From NCBI GenBank assembly GCA_027013865.1, contig JALWFW010000036.1, positions 21,819 through 58,592 of the forward strand: DNA of 36,774 nucleotides. Reading direction: 5' to 3'. Shown piece after piece: positions 35,492-36,774 of this stretch; position 1 is the stretch's first letter; each line of letters begins with the position of its first letter. Below the pieces are notes generated by a model. It made no database searches and was not told the DNA's origin. It saw only the letters and a list, made by a program, of their open reading frames with translations. The stretch comes from Polyangiaceae bacterium (GTDB taxonomy: Bacteria; Myxococcota_A; Polyangia; HGW-17; JALWFW01). Position numbers and translations under genes: made by a program.

Positions 35492-36682
35492 TCAGGAAAG
35501 TCTGGAGAGGGCCTGGTCGAGATCGGCTATGATGTCCTTGGCATCTTCCAGACCCACGGCAATGCGTACCAGGCCGGGGGATATCTCGGCTTTTTCCAGC
35601 TCTTCAGGTGAGTATGTCGAGTGAGTCATGGATGCGGGATGCTGAATTAGAGTCTCCACGTCGCCGAGGGACACGGCTATGGTGCACAGTTCGCAGGAGT
35701 CGATGAGCTTTATGCCCGCGGGTTTGCCGCCCTTCACCTCGAAGGCCACCACTGCTCCAAAACCGCTCATCTGTTTCTTGGCTACCTCGTGGTACGGGTC
35801 GTCCGGCAGGCCGGGATAGTAGACGTGCTGAACCATGGGATGATCGTGGAGGAACTCGGCCACGGCCCTGGCGTTTGCCTCGTGGCGTTCCATGCGTAGG
35901 GACAGGGTCTTCATGCCGCGCAGAAGCAGGAATGCCTCGAAGGGTCCAAGCACGGATCCCGTCATGTCCTTGACTCCGAACATGAGCACGTCGTGGATGT
36001 AGTCGGCCTTGCCCACCACGAATCCGGCAATCACATCACCGTGTCCGTTGAGGAACTTGGTGGCCGAGTGGATGACGATGTCGGCTCCGTGTTCTAGAGG
36101 ACGTTGCAGGTATGGTGTGGAGAAGGTGTTGTCCACGATGACCTTGATGTCGTGGGCATGGGCGATGTCGCTTATGGCGCGGATGTCCACCACTCTGAGG
36201 TTGGGGTTGGCTGGTGTCTCGAAATAGATGGCTTTCGTGTTGGGACGGATGGCCTTTTCGACTTCTTCGGGGTTTGAGCAGTTCACGAATGACACTTCGA
36301 CTCCGTAACGGGATATGCCTTCCGACAGGTAGGCGAAGGTACAGCCGTACAGGGTCTTGTCGGCTATCATGTGGTCTCTCGCCCGAAGCAGTGTCCACAG
36401 CGCGCTGGTTACGGCTCCCATACCCGATGCCGTGGTTACTGCCGCCTCGGCACCTTCGAGATCAGCCAGTTTGCGCTCTATGACCCGGTGATTTGGGTTA
36501 CCCAGACGGGTGTATATGTAACCGTCCTCTTCACCGGCGAATATACGGCCACCGGATTCAGCAGACTCGAAGGCAAAGGTGGATGTGGCATAAATGGGCA
36601 TTGCCAGTGGTCTGTTTGCCTTCTCGTGGGGCATGCCTGCGTGAATCTGCCTTGTACTGAATCCTAACTTACTGTGATCCAT
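35492..36682 (-). CDS. megL: Methionine gamma-lyase (Cys/Met metabolism PLP enzyme)
   Basis: Motifs YTRLGNP, SGMGA, LYGCT (MGL-typical Cys), [45 protein letters not shown]. Confidence 0.9.
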   Translation of the reverse strand: MDHSKLGFSTRQIHAGMPHEKANRPLAMPIYATSTFAFESAESGGRIFAGEEDGYIYTRLGNPNHRVIERKLADLEGAEAAVTTASGMGAVTSALWTLLRARDHMIADKTLYGCTFAYLSEGISRYGVEVSFVNCSNPEEVEKAIRPNTKAIYFETPANPNLRVVDIRAISDIAHAHDIKVIVDNTFSTPYLQRPLEHGADIVIHSATKFLNGHGDVIAGFVVGKADYIHDVLMFGVKDMTGSVLGPFEAFLLLRGMKTLSLRMERHEANARAVAEFLHDHPMVQHVYYPGLPDDPYHEVAKKQMSGFGAVVAFEVKGGKPAGIKLIDSCELCTIAVSLGDVETLIQHPASMTHSTYSPEELEKAEISPGLVRIAVGLEDAKDIIADLDQALSRLS

Positions 36683-36774
36683 GGATTTTCCTCCTCAGTC
36701 GGGAACGTGGGTCTCCGTACCGTTTCAGGTGTCGTATTGTTTTGGGTGTGATTCATTCTCACGTCATGAAAGAT

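Overview
A GC-rich bacterial chromosomal segment. Myxococcus-type Cys-rich repeats, many lipoproteins and the DUF503-rbfA-DHH-truB-rpsO order suggest a Myxococcota/deltaproteobacterial organism; this is inference, not a database result. It carries about 30 CDS and one tRNA-Leu(GAG). Housekeeping and metabolic genes: moeA-moaC and MOSC-mog fusions, an arginine-synthetase/cDPG-synthetase-like ATPase, an MFS transporter, MscS, a DnaJ paralog, a class I/II aminotransferase, ubiX, pnp, a Tex-like protein, the rbfA-truB-rpsO operon and methionine gamma-lyase. These are interleaved with uncharacterised envelope genes: three Cys-rich lipoproteins, a CxxC redoxin lipoprotein, two putative peptidoglycan amidases, a lipid-anchored YD-repeat protein and a small NNGT-repeat lipoprotein. 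I saw no transposase, integrase, prophage or CRISPR array. The best leads are: (1) a dnaJ-like/YD-repeat lipoprotein/lipoprotein operon with no Rhs core or toxin; (2) a dispersed 19-bp IHF-like motif present at every convergent gene junction; (3) a two-hairpin leader hiding the RBS of a rearranged rbfA-rpsO operon; (4) a Tex paralog lacking the HhH region. All calls come from reading motifs by eye; no searches were run.
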